The translations under genes were made by a program, and so were the position numbers. A model generated the notes under the pieces. That model was not told the DNA's origin. It made no database searches and was given only the letters and a program-made list of their open reading frames with translations. Positions 51,928 through 64,000 of a stretch of 64,000 nucleotides of DNA are shown in pieces; the stretch's first letter is position 1, and each line of letters opens with the position of its first letter. Origin of the DNA: Adineta vaga (lineage: Eukaryota; Animalia; Rotifera); contig CP075494.1 in NCBI GenBank assembly GCA_021613535.1, positions 4,154,001 through 4,218,000 of the forward strand, in the 5' to 3' direction.

Positions 51928-52199
51928 AGACAAAAAACTAACATTCATTGAGAGACAATTAAATATTTCATCCCAGCAGTACATTTTGATCTTTATTGTT
52001 AGTTAGATGAAGCATATGTAAAAGTTCTAATATCGAATTGCTCATTTTTTAATTTCTTTCTAACACATAAAATGAATGTATGCAATAATTTGCTTTGAAG
52101 AAAACAAAATACCATCCGTCTTACATTGAATCTTTATGTTTTTGCTCGACCAACACTTATTCGTGATAAATCATGTTCAGTTTACTTTTTCTTCTCAAC

Positions 52200-52740
52200 A
52201 TACTTTAGTTTATTTATTATATTTATTGTGCGCTTTCAAAATCAAGATTGCGATATTTACATAGTTCACGAAATGTTCATTTACGATGATTAGTGGTTGG
52301 CTTTCTTCCTATTGTCATATGATTATCTGCTATGGTATTATAACTGCTGTTGGTTTTATTTGGAAAGAGTGTTTCAAAATGCAATGGTCGAACTACATTC
52401 TATCGTAAATTTTATATGCAAGTTTGACATATGACTTGGTATGAAATATCTCCATCGGTTTTTTGCTTCTATCTGGTCATCTAACATTGAAAAATATTCG
52501 TTCCAATAGGTACTCAACATCATCGATTGATTCGACTTGCACAAAAACATCTGACTAGTCAAACGTTGAATGTCTTAGCATTAATTGTACATTCAAGTGG
52601 TTTCTATTTGCAGACATTAACAGCTTCGGTTTTTCGAAAAGAATTTATCAAACTTATTCGTTGCTGTTGGCATCAACATTAAAACGAAATTCAAATGACT
52701 TTTAACGATGACACATCGATCATTAATAAGAACTACGAGA
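52200..52740 (+). pseudogene. GPCR remnant
   Basis: TM7/helix-8-like SGFYLQTLTASVFRKEFIKLIRCC. Upstream sequence broken. Confidence 0.4.
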
Positions 52741-52850
52741 AAAACTTTAAGAAAATTCACAAAGTGTATGAAAAAAAAGTGAATATATAATAAATAATTA
52801 TGAGCAAATACTGTTTTCTGGAATTCGTACAGATCGTTCTACTGAAATAA

Positions 52851-52901
52851 TGCGGGTGTGGTCAGGGGATAAAAAAAATACACTCACACACACCCTCAAG
52901 A
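52851..52901 (-). repeat. Dispersed short TCTTGAGGGTGTG-type element
   Basis: Reverse complement aligns with 55951-56005. Confidence 0.55.
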
Positions 52902-52927
52902 AAAGTGTCTTATTAATAATAAATGCA

Positions 52928-53252
52928 AATCAATTGAACTTTTTTGCTTCTAGCACTTGTTCTTGTATCATCACAATATAGCAGTTTGCCATTATCATCT
53001 TCAATTCTTGCGCTAATTGTAAAACCATAATCAGGCACTTCATTTTGCTACTTCTTCGTCATATTCGACACTGAAACTTATTGGAAACATGTCTCTTTGA
53101 TTCAAATCAATCTTTTGTTAACCAAGGGTAATAGCTGGTGCACCCATACGAACAGTATTTTCGACCTTTACGGTTAATGTTTCATTGCCGTTGAGTGTAT
53201 CAGCTTCACAACCATTTTTTCCAATAACGACGCCAGTTGCTTCTCCGGACAT
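52928..53252 (-). pseudogene. Second YbaY-like copy with TAA and frameshift
   Basis: Close nucleotide paralog of 47530-47862, including an upstream block (53295-53360 similar to 48010-48070). In-frame TAA at ~53119. Confidence 0.85.
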
Positions 53253-53658
53253 TTTTGTTTCTATATGTAATATGATTTTCTGTATAGAGAAAGCATGAAT
53301 AGAAATAAAATGTAATTATTGTTGTTTTTTTTTCGGATTTCCCAAGTATACGTCATAAAAATCAATTTCGATACTCATACGACATTGCATATTGAAGACA
53401 TATGCGCGATGGTGGGGGTAAACATTCAGTATGGATTCATATCCACGAACCTTTACATCTTCAAGATATTGTTTTTCAAAAAAGAAAGAAAAAGAATTAC
53501 GTTTGAAAAATCATCAAAAATCTTTCACATATGAATTTGTATTTTCTGGAATGTCCTTAGAAGACAAAAAAATGTTTTCATTCTAAAAATATCTAATGAT
53601 TAGGGATTTTTATATTTCTCTTCCATAATATTAATGAAACGATCTCCTATGTCGATAA

Positions 53659-55812
53659 TTACCGATAGTGGTACTCGAAAAAACTCTCTACTAGTATTTT
53701 TCTATGTTTTCGAAAAATTTTATGTATCCATTGCTCAAATAATCTACAATGGTGACAATGATAATACTTTTCAACAGTAAAAGGTAGTGGAACACCTGTA
53801 GTATACAGCTTTTTAGCGCGCTTCCACGGCAACCAGATTGTATAATCGATCTTAAAAAGATTTGGCATAACTGGTAATGTTTCTGTTGTCGTTAACAAAT
53901 CGGTGTGTGAAATTTCGATAGTACCATCTAATGGCAACTGTTCATCAATCTCTATCAAATTGAATGGTAATGGAACTAGATAACTAAGAACTTTCTGTTT
54001 CAGTTCTGGATTAAGTTTGCAAACAAAGGTTATTCCATCCAGTGGATTGAATATCAGTTTCTAAACTACTAAAACTCTTAGAAATCGCTGCAAAATATGA
54101 TGATAGACGGCGATGTAATCCTTCCGAAAAACTAACCTTGTTCTCATTTAATTCTTTAATGAAATTTCTTAAACAAGATAAATATCTTTGTTTTGTTCCA
54201 TCACTTGTTACATTTTGAAGATCCTCACCGATCCATAATCTCTTATAGATTATTTCTGACATTTCCCTCTGCAAATAAAATGTTATATGGTGCTTAATAT
54301 AATCTAGTTGACGACGAACTGACTGCGCAAATAAATCCATATGATATTGAACTTTAGTAGCATATTGATCGATTGTTGAATAAAGATGTTCAGCTTGTTT
54401 TTGTCTCAATTTTTCTTTTAATATTTGAAAGAAACCATCAAAAATAGTTTGTAGATTGTCAGTGTGTATTAGATTATGAAGAAACAATTCGGTATTCGGA
54501 AGTTCTGCTATCCTAGTTATGTCTATTATAACTCGACTTAGATGTTTCGATATATCATTAGCTTTATCTCTCAAATTCGATCATAACGTTTGATAGTTTG
54601 CATCCTTGTATCGGTCAGGATCTATTTTAGAAGAAACTTTCTGTAAAGTTGACCACTAATAAGTTTCTTAGATTTTCTTACAATCATTTTCTAGGAACGA
54701 TTTCCATTGTTTCACTAATACTGAGAATGCTTTTAAACATTTTTTCTCTCGACGGATGCAACTTATTTACGAGCTTTTGTTCTAACACAGACCATTCCGA
54801 ACGATTACGCTTATTCTCCACATAGTATACGGGTAAATCATCGATACATCTATGCGCATACGATGTAGAAAAGCGATATAATGAAGTTTTATCAGGTACT
54901 GTTCTAAGTTTTATTTTATAACCCTTTTTTATTTCTTCATCGTTACCGTTTGTGTTTTTGTTCTCTTCTACAACACGGTTGTAATAAGTTATTACTATGC
55001 TTAAGTGTTTTGTTGAAGTCGATGATGGAAGTAAACCTTTGAGAAAATTAGGCTTAAGAGCATCACGACCATCACCTCGAACAACTTGTACTAATTGATC
55101 ACAAACTACAGCAGTTTCATTTGCTCGAATTGTCATTGCTTCATAACCATCGCCGTAACCAGGTATGTCAAATAGTGTCGTATCACTACTCAAGTTTTTG
55201 AATGGATCATAAATGTATATCTTATCGACGATAGGCCACCATCGACCTTTCATACTGGCAAACTGATACAAGTGATCTTTAAATGCTTCCATATCATCAG
55301 CCAGATATACTTCGTATCATTCATTCATTTTCTTGAAGACATCATCAGGTAATGTATCGAGAGAAGCTATACTAATATTTTCACTTCCCCAAAGGCATCT
55401 TTGTTTTAACTGAAAAGCTTTTACATCATCTGAGAGTGACATCTCTCCATCTCGTTTTGCTGCTTCCATTGTTTCTTGAACATTTTCCGATTCAAATTTC
55501 CATTGATCTTTTGCAATAAAGAATACCATTAATTGATAATATGTATGTTTCTAAGATGATTTCACCGAAATTGACGCTGTACAACTTTTCTCAGAATCAG
55601 TTGGTAACAATTCATCATCGAGGATAGAATTGAGAAGAGATGACTTACCACTTCCAGCATTTCCAACAATACCAATTGCCTTTTGTTTCATACTTTCACT
55701 TAATGCCATGATTTGTTCCAAAATCGGCCTAACTTTGATCATTAGAATTCAAATTTATTTCCTTAAATGTCGATGATAGTTGAGTCTGGTCGTCCGCTAA
55801 CCGTTTTAGCCA
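53659..55812 (-). pseudogene. Dynamin-like/SLIP-GC-type GTPase, fragmented
   Basis: G1 GNAGSGKSS, G2 SCTA, G3 DIPG and a helical C-terminal region. Multiple frameshifts and stops. Confidence 0.75.
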
Positions 55813-55950
55813 TGTCACTGTTACTGATTAGAGTGCAACGATGAGTTTTCTCTTAACGATACTAAATTAAATGAAACATGCATAAGTATTAAAAGTTTTT
55901 TTTTGTCGTGCGTGCTGCAATACTTTATACTACACAAATCAATTATAGCA

Positions 55951-56005
55951 TCTTGAGGATGTGGGTGTGTGTAGATTTTTTCCTGATCCTCACCTCAAAC
56001 TCAAC
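55951..56005 (+). repeat. Dispersed short TCTTGAGG-type element
   Basis: tcttgaggatgtgggtgtgtgta...cctgatcctcacctc, related to the copies at 52851 and 44161. Confidence 0.55.
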
Positions 56006-56416
56006 AGTCGAATGAGAAGAAGAACGTTGGATTGATATATATGTTCTATATAATTTCATATTTATTAAAGAAATGTTTTTTCCCATTTGATGTAATTATA
56101 CGATTTATTAAAAAGTTAACAGTTTGATTTTATCAAGGAAAGTTTCTCTTTTACTAATATTTCATTTCGCCTACGACGACGTGACTGTATGATATGTGAA
56201 ATATCATGACATGTGTAGACACATGATATGTTTCGTTCTTCTTCAGTCACGTATGACTCTTCCTTATATTTAACTGTTTCTTTTTCATTCGAACACATAT
56301 CAACAAACAAATTAAATTTAACTTCCATACTATGTATTACACTCAATATATGAGTATGTAAAACAAATTGTGGTTTTTTTTTCTTCTTCAAATTTGAGTT
56401 TTGCTTTTTAGCCTAT

Positions 56417-57451
56417 ATGGATTCTCCTTATCAGTTCCTATTACAAGATGGCTCGTTCCGAAAACAAACAGTTTATATTCAAGATGAATCGTATACATTA
56501 CTTGATCAATTGGGTCAAGGAAAATTCGCTTCTGTATGGAAATCCAAAACGCGAAATGGTATTTACAGTTCTTTTCTCAGTCGATAAATATGAGATTTAT
56601 GAAATTTCTAGGTTATTATGCTGCAGTGAAAATATTTGATTTTAATCATTCAAGAAATAATATTAATTCCAATCAACGTATGAATTCATTTGAAAATGAA
56701 GTTAGAATGATTAGTCGATTAAAAAATGAAATAGATTATATTGTTACTTTGTATACATTTGATATTGATCGACAAAAACAAATGGGTTATATTGTAATGG
56801 AATTAGGAAATACAACATTTAAAGATCAAATTCAATATTTTCATCAAATGCATCATAAATCATCTCGAAATGGTTATGATTATATTTCAGCATTTCAAAG
56901 AAAAGATATTTGGATTCAATTAGTTAATATTATTTGCGCACTTTATCGAAATCATATAGTAAATCATATAGTTTATCTCTAAAATGAATTGTTTTTTTCT
57001 TTCAATAGGTTCATCGTGATTTAAAACCAGCTAATTTAGTATTCTTTGGTTCAACATTAAAACTTGTTGATTTTGGTATAGCTCAAGATGCATTTTCACA
57101 GTAAAGTTTCTATTATTCTACGTATTTATTCACTCTTCATCTTCGTTTTGTAGATATAATCCACATCAGCGAGGTGGTAGTCATCCTTACAGTGCACCAG
57201 AATGTTTTTCACATCAAATGCCTATAACATCAAAAGCTGATATCTGGTCAATAGGGGCTATTTTATATTATTTAACTTATGGGAAAAGTCCTATTTACGA
57301 AAGTTCACAACCACCGACAGGTATTCTACCAGCTCAATCAACTCTTGTTCAAAATATTCTTTATCATTGTCTCCAACGAAATCCATATACACGAGCAAAT
57401 CATAATTGGCTTATTGAACATCCATTAACTAAAAGTGATGCAATATTTTAA
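56417..57451 (+). CDS. Protein kinase (Mps1/TTK-like), 4 exons
   Basis: GQGKFASV, AAVK, HRDLKPAN, DFGIA, APE and DIWSIG motifs. Introns ~56560-56611, 56959-57008, 57101-57153. Confidence 0.88.
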
Positions 57452-58446
57452 ATTGATTTTTGTATATAATATTGAAACAAATAAAGAAACTATTTTTGAA
57501 TATTCAAAAAATGTGTTTTATAATATTCCTAACTTTAAGATTTGTATCATTTTTTGCTTTCGACATTCTTCAGTTGAATTGCTTTTATTAGCTTTTAAAG
57601 TAGCGAGTAGGACCGAACAACAGAAAGCAGTTAAATGGATAAAGAAATTATATAGATAATATAAATTGATATGTACTGACAAATAGTCCTGCAAAATGCG
57701 CTACAATCAACATTAGAAGAACAACAAATTGTCAAGTAAGCTTCAAAATGACAGAGAAAGTTTGATAATTCTTTCATTCCACATTAGTTTTTTATGAAAC
57801 AAATGTTTGCCTGTCAATGTCAATTCCTGAAAATACTCGAGTCTGATTTTTAATCATTTCACTCTTTCAACATCACTTATCACTACTACATCTTCAATCT
57901 TTATCATCTATGAAAAAATTGACCACTACATAGTGCACTCAACAATCATGTCATTATTTTTCTCTTAGTTAGCGAACTCTTTCAAATGCTAACCGATACT
58001 ATACCGTATGCTTATTATATATTCACTCGAACCATAGTATATCATCAACACGACTTGGGTATGTAATTGTGACGCATGTATCTTACTCGTATTTGTTTGA
58101 TATCTCTATGGGATGGTATCGTTCATCGCACCATGCCAATATTTCTCATTGTTATACTTAGGATAATACTTCGCATCCAATAACGAATTGATGCTTATGT
58201 ATATTGCTGGTACAAGTGGTCTACTATCGTCATTCATAGAATCTAGTTTTGATAATGACAGTTTGTTTTTTCTCTATTGTACTATTTTATTCACTCGATT
58301 TACAACTAATCTTCTTTCATTGTCAGACTTACAAAACAAAATGTATAAATGTTTCAAACATTAAAGACAAATTGCCGTAAAAAATGATTATGATATACGA
58401 AAATATAGATATATTTTTTTTGAAAATACAAAATAGTGTCAACAAT

Positions 58447-59391
58447 TTATGTCATTGTTGCTACTACTCTATTTGGCTGTCGATTTAATATTTTCATTAG
58501 GGACGTCTTAATTGGATCTGTAAGTTTAAACAAGGCAATAATGATAAATAATAATGCAGTATCAATAAATGTAAGAGCAATACGAAAATGATATATGGGT
58601 GGTTGAGAAAAAAATCCCATAAATATAAATATGGTGTACGGCATACCAAGTATCAATAAAATAGATACAAGTATAATGATTCTCTGTACCATTTTCAATT
58701 CTCTTTGTGCACGAACTAAAGTATTTGCAGATGCGACATGTTTAGTCATTTCTTTAACATATTGAATTAATTTAAAGTAAATAAACATAATACCACTCAT
58801 TGGTATCAAATATATATAAATTATATTATAAACTGCGACGATTGAAAGATGAAGAGGCATTTGACATATTTGATTATTAACATGATATACAATTTGACCC
58901 GTAAATAAATGTGGAAAAGCAAATAGAAAACTAAAAATCCATGTTAAGATAATAATAAAACATTGCACTTTTTTCGATTGCCAAAATAATCGAGATGGAT
59001 AAACAGCTGTTATATAACGATAAATAGCTTGTAATAGATAAGAATAAAATAAAACAGCACATGCAACATAACTCATAAAACCACGAAAGACACAATATGA
59101 GTCTTGATATTGTCTTTGATGAATATCATTTTTAAGAGTAAATATATCCATCCATAATACAACGCTTGCAAAGAAAAGTCCAGCGAGACATGAATTAGTA
59201 ACAAGTATCATGGAAACTGTATGACATATTCTATCCAATATAACAATAACTAAAAATACTAAAGTCAACATAATAGCTAAAGTAAGGCATACGATCGTGA
59301 TAATATCAAGCGGAATAAACCATGATTGATTATTTATTATAGTAGAATTGAAATTATTTAATGTCGAAGATATGAGAAGTGTTGAATTCAT
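58447..59391 (-). CDS. Rhodopsin-like GPCR, intronless
   Basis: Seven TM segments with LQAIYRY, ICQMP, RELKMVQRI and TDP. Confidence 0.9.
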   Translation of the reverse strand: MNSTLLISSTLNNFNSTIINNQSWFIPLDIITIVCLTLAIMLTLVFLVIVILDRICHTVSMILVTNSCLAGLFFASVVLWMDIFTLKNDIHQRQYQDSYCVFRGFMSYVACAVLFYSYLLQAIYRYITAVYPSRLFWQSKKVQCFIIILTWIFSFLFAFPHLFTGQIVYHVNNQICQMPLHLSIVAVYNIIYIYLIPMSGIMFIYFKLIQYVKEMTKHVASANTLVRAQRELKMVQRIIILVSILLILGMPYTIFIFMGFFSQPPIYHFRIALTFIDTALLFIIIALFKLTDPIKTSLMKILNRQPNRVVATMT

Positions 59392-60542
59392 TTTTGGAGA
59401 ATAGAAAGAAATTTCTTTTTATTTTAGAGCTTATGTGACTTTTACAGATTTTCTCTGAAAAAACTTTCCTTGATTATAATTATATTTCTGGTCCTTTGAT
59501 GAGTATCATAATTATGATGTCGCTTTCATATATGTACGTCTGATTATTTCTACCTGAATAAATTAGTTTCATGCCAAAAGAGAAAGAAAAATATCTGTAA
59601 GTAAAACGTGTGAATGATCAAGATAGTCCGATGTGCACTGTTTCGCGACTATAGATTGTTAGAAGTCAAGTATAACTTATTAATTATTTGGATTTCCATG
59701 TGACAACATCAAGAGATATAAATGTATGTAATACAAGAAAAAGACAGAACAATATAATGATTATTAATACTAAATGATAAGGAAAAAATCCAATTAAATT
59801 CGAATTCAATCGAGAATGTAGTCAAATCTTTCATAAAATCACCTTTCCGTTAATGATTTATAATAAAATAAACTTTTTATATATCTGAATCTTACAATTT
59901 AGTGACAGACTGAGTTTAGATACCGTGTTTTTAAGTGTCTTTCAAAGATATTTAATAAGTATCAACATATGACTCCTGTTTTCCAAGTGAGAATTTACCC
60001 AGTTGTTGCTGAAGAATACAATTTTTGTCGTTCTTAACAACACATACGTCATTAAAGTATGTTTTACGTTTCTACAAGGCATGCTCAAATAAAGAAAAAG
60101 AAAATAGTGGGTAATGACGTTTTCAAGCAAGTGGTTGAATTAAAAAAAACTATTCAATCTGGTGAAGAACGTACACTTTTTCTGACGCAGGTACAGTTCT
60201 TTGAGATTTCACACAAAAGTGATGAAATGCGATATGAATTTTTAGGGACGTAAAAGTACAACCCAACCGTCTGATATAGTTGGTTCTTTTAAATTTATTT
60301 TTCGTGCTGATTATCGAAATAATAAACGTGAACATATGTACGAATGTGAAATACCCAATTCTCAGTTAAGAGTTAGTGTGAGAAATCGTCGAAGTGATGG
60401 TAAACGTCCACGTGACACATAATTTGTTGTTGAAATACGAATTTCTTCTTCAAACAGATCGATATACCTAGATTGTTTTTTTCTTATTTGAAAAGGTACA
60501 TTTGTTCGTTATCGAAAAGAACGTCGAGATCGCATTTAAGAA

Positions 60543-60842
60543 ATGCATCGAAATGGTGTTTCGAATATATCTACAACAGCGTCACTTGGTAACAGTATGA
60601 CATCCACTGCGTCCTCATTGTTCGCATCTAACTTTAGCAATAATCAAAATTCACCAAGTTGGATAATTGATGAAAAATTTGTGAATAATGAAACTTACTC
60701 TTGTGTTATTTGTATGGATACTTATGTGAAAAATGAACGTGTTCAAGGCATGCCAAAATGCACTCATTACTTTCATCCGAAATGTATTCAAGCTTGGCTT
60801 GTTGGAAGCAAAAATTGTCCTGTTTGTCGATCAGAAATGTAG
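60543..60842 (+). CDS. RING-H2 domain, likely the last exon of a partly decayed E3 ligase gene
   Basis: CVIC...CTHYFHPKCIQAWL...CPVCR. Upstream exons (60060-60540) contain stops. Confidence 0.7.
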   Translation: MHRNGVSNISTTASLGNSMTSTASSLFASNFSNNQNSPSWIIDEKFVNNETYSCVICMDTYVKNERVQGMPKCTHYFHPKCIQAWLVGSKNCPVCRSEM

Positions 60843-61146
60843 AACTCTCCAGTTTTGCTTTTACTATTATCGATATCTATTTTTTTCATTCGATTTAAGA
60901 TAGTATTCGAGAATAGAAACACTTTCAATCTTTAAACGACTGTTTTCATACAAATCAAGATCAATCAATGTTGGTGGAAGTAATGATACTAGAAATGCAA
61001 GAGCTCGAGGATAAAGTTATTTTATTTTGAGATGTTAAATAGCTGTTGTTTGCAGAACAAGATCTAACTCTACAGCAATCTCTTTGCTTATCAATAATTT
61101 CGCTAACATACTAAAAACGGCCTCTCAATGAAGGACAATCGAAACA

Positions 61147-61450
61147 TCAAGCGATATCATACGTGTCATCCGAATACAAATCTTCAAAGGTCATTGGTTT
61201 GAAAGAAACGAGTGCACGTACTATTTCAAAATTAAATTTATCGAAACGAATCAAGAAATATTTAATCGTATTGTTGTTTTTGAGTATATCATATAAGATG
61301 CGAACTTTGTTATCATTTTCGAAAGTTGAATGACTTAGAAGCATTCGATTGACATTTTTTACTGAATAAAAGACATCAACGGCATCGAGTTTGTTGAAAA
61401 TTATCAATAAAATCTCATTGGGTAAATCGAGTATGTTGAAGTAATTCATA
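61147..61450 (-). pseudogene. Truncated F-box gene
   Basis: MNYFNILDLPNEILLIIFNKL, paralogous to the gene starting at 7197, internally deleted. Confidence 0.65.
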
Positions 61451-63195
61451 ATTATATTATTCTGATCAAACTCACTGAACATATTCTTCTTTATATATAT
61501 ACATCCTTTTTTCATATATAATGATCGCTTCTATAAAAAAAAAGTTGAGAGGTCAACACACCTAGAAAATGAATTAGCGTAAAAGGTGAGAATTAGGCAA
61601 CGCGATTGCTCATCATGTTTCAAATCGTCTAAACGAATTGATTCAATGTGAAATGCGCCGATAATACACAATAAAATATATTCATATTCAATTTACTTTG
61701 GACTTCTAAAAACATTTGCCACAAACAGATTAAATTTAATTATCAGAAGTGGAGTTTTTACTCGAAGATGATGTGTTTTATATTATTTGAAAACTGTCAC
61801 TAAAATGAATAGGTCAACTGTTTACTCATTTCTGCTAGTCTTTCTATGTATTTTATTCTTATGAAAGCATGTTGAATTGAAATCATCGATTTCACCTAAG
61901 CAAGGATGAGTTTTAATTGTTTTAATAAATCAAGTATGACAAGTTTATCATTCGGAGAAAGAAGATATCAATGAAACGTTTCATTTGATTTATACTTGAT
62001 ACCAGTCATATGTTGCACCATTGATCACCATAAATGTTGATTACTGACTTCTATCTAATGTTCTATACTGTATATATTTTAAGTTGAAAAATAAAAGTTT
62101 AAAAGTTGCCACTGGTTGAGGCGTCAACGCAAATGAGTCGTTGTTTAATTACCAGGCTGTTATCAAGACAGATAAATATGTTAGTCAGTGTCTAAACATA
62201 ATTATTTATGAATATAGATGCTAATATAGAAGAGATGATTTTGTCCGGATCTAAGATCTCCATTTGATCGACTAAACAGAAAGAATGAGAATTACATTCG
62301 TTCATATATCTATTCCTAAGGTGTCGGCAATGCGAATTTCGAGTGAATATTTTTTTAAATTTTTTTCGTTTCATCCGATAGAGTTTTAGGCGCTGCTCAC
62401 GAATATTTACTTTTTAACCTATTAGCAAAATCTTCCTTCCGGTCGAAAAATACGAAATATTTCAGAACAGTCAGTTTTAAAGAAAAGTGTGTTTTTTCAC
62501 GAAATATGTGATAATATCTACTTTGTTGTACGTTTTCGATTTTGAAACTGATTTTGCCTGATTCAGCAGCACAAGCCGAGTCTAAAAAGTTTCTAGCTGG
62601 TCACCAGAATCATCGGCATTTCTAAAATGTTTGTAAACGTATAGATGATAAGAAAGTTAATTTAAGTCACCGTAGTTCGTATCTGACTCTAACCTAAGAA
62701 CGTTTTATAGTAGACGAAAAAGGACAAGACTATTTTAAGATCTGTTGGATACATATTTATATGATATAGATATAGAAAAAAAAAATCTCCAAATAAAAAT
62801 CTTACGATAAAATTGTGCAATATATGTGAAACGAAAAGAAATGGAGAAACAATTTTAAAGTACACTGCCATTTTACCTGCTGTTGTAGAAAAAATAGAAG
62901 AAAATCTCTACCAATCGAACAGTGAGTATTGTGTTTGTTGTGATTACATCATATTAATTTCATCGTAATAAATAAATATGTAAATCAAATGAAAAGAAGT
63001 GAGTAGAGATTATAACATAAATTCAAAGATATACAAGTTGTCATCATCGTTCTCAATTGCATTCTAATAGATAATTTAGTAGTTTTTCTCCAGAAATAAT
63101 ATTACAAAAATCTTGATGTAACGACATAAACTTATATTAAGATGAAGAATATCCTTTAGATTTCATCGAATAACGTCAGTTTGACGAACGAGATT

Positions 63196-64000
63196 ATGGC
63201 TAGTTCGCGAAACAAATCTAATATGTCTTCAAAATGTATAAAATGGATGTGGAATTCCAATACAGATGCATTCTCAAAGTCAGATTCACCCAATTGGTGT
63301 TATTTTACAGATGCCGAAAATATGATTATAGAAGAAGCGTTTATAGCTCATAAAACTCATGCTATGCTGGACGACTATCATATCGACTTCAAGAATAATA
63401 TGCAGATTTCTAACAACGATGTTAATAAGCAACGACCAGTTAAACGAAAAGTATGTGATGAAAATGAAAGAATTCTACGAGAAGATAGATTCCTTCCGAA
63501 TCCTGTCGCTCCAGATCGTCCTTTTGGTGAACGATATGGTTTTATTTCACCTTTTATAAAAGAAGCAGCCTACTCTCTTAACATTCGCCGAGGTGAATTA
63601 CCTTCTAAAAATAAATCGATCATTCCAATAATTGTAGAAAAAGCAGCTCTTGGAATTATTGAAGAAGGTAAGAAAATGGGCAAACACAAGGAAGCTGAAA
63701 GCATAGCAAAGAAGTTGAAAGATACAAAGAATCTTGGAATGGATAAAGTCTGGCGATGTTGTGCATATCTGTATACTTTAGAGACTTTTCTGTATAAGAA
63801 AATAAATGAAATTATGCGATTGATTGGAGACAAGGAGCATGAACAAATTTGGAAAAGTAAAATAGATACGTTGGGCCCATATTGTCTACTTCTGTGGGAT
63901 AATCCATTTAATAAAAAAATGATTCAACCAAATACAATTTTGTATCGAGGAGCTAATGTACCTGATCATTTATTAGCATTATTTAAAGGTGATGATTCGA
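63196..64000 (+). CDS. WWE-domain plus ADP-ribosyltransferase protein, runs off the window end
   Basis: Open frame from ATG 63196, not in the ORF track. WWE (KWMW...WCYFTDAENMIIEEAF...IDF...QRPVKR), then LYTLETFLYKKINE, LGPY and LYRG. Confidence 0.88.
   Translation, partial: MASSRNKSNMSSKCIKWMWNSNTDAFSKSDSPNWCYFTDAENMIIEEAFIAHKTHAMLDDYHIDFKNNMQISNNDVNKQRPVKRKVCDENERILREDRFLPNPVAPDRPFGERYGFISPFIKEAAYSLNIRRGELPSKNKSIIPIIVEKAALGIIEEGKKMGKHKEAESIAKKLKDTKNLGMDKVWRCCAYLYTLETFLYKKINEIMRLIGDKEHEQIWKSKIDTLGPYCLLLWDNPFNKKMIQPNTILYRGANVPDHLLALFKGDDS

Noticed and set aside
62310-62700. Possible MITE upstream of the WWE-ART gene
   Set aside because: The texture is TE-like, but no convincing TIR or TSD pair could be defined by eye.
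2206-63833. Many 60-120 aa ORFs antisense to or overlapping real genes (e.g. 2206, 20671, 21229, 47681, 63570)
   Set aside because: These are shadow ORFs with no recognisable motifs.

Overview
This is AT-rich eukaryotic genomic DNA with short (~45-65 nt) GT-AG introns. The gene content most resembles a bdelloid rotifer (Adineta/Rotaria-like); that is inferred from gene families, not proven. Metazoan-type genes include a DEG/ENaC channel, F-box proteins, an ART-TPR and a WWE-ART, TRAF, a multi-saposin protein, SEC14, a kinase, GPCRs and a RING-H2 exon. Candidate horizontally acquired genes are unusually dense: a fungal-type BAHD acyltransferase, a cyanobacterial MysD-type ligase (mycosporine sunscreen pathway), an intron-containing bacterial DUF4832-type glycoside hydrolase, a Cdc123/R2K ATP-grasp and two YbaY-like genes. 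A three-exon secreted prepropeptide, split across two ORFs in the track, releases a cationic 51-aa peptide that resembles a bacterial polymorphic-toxin tip. A nested transposon cluster at 34.1-37.6 kb is a Helitron carrying two mariners, one of which holds a palindromic CMC-type MITE. Many genes carry stops or frameshifts. All family assignments come from motif recognition without database searches.
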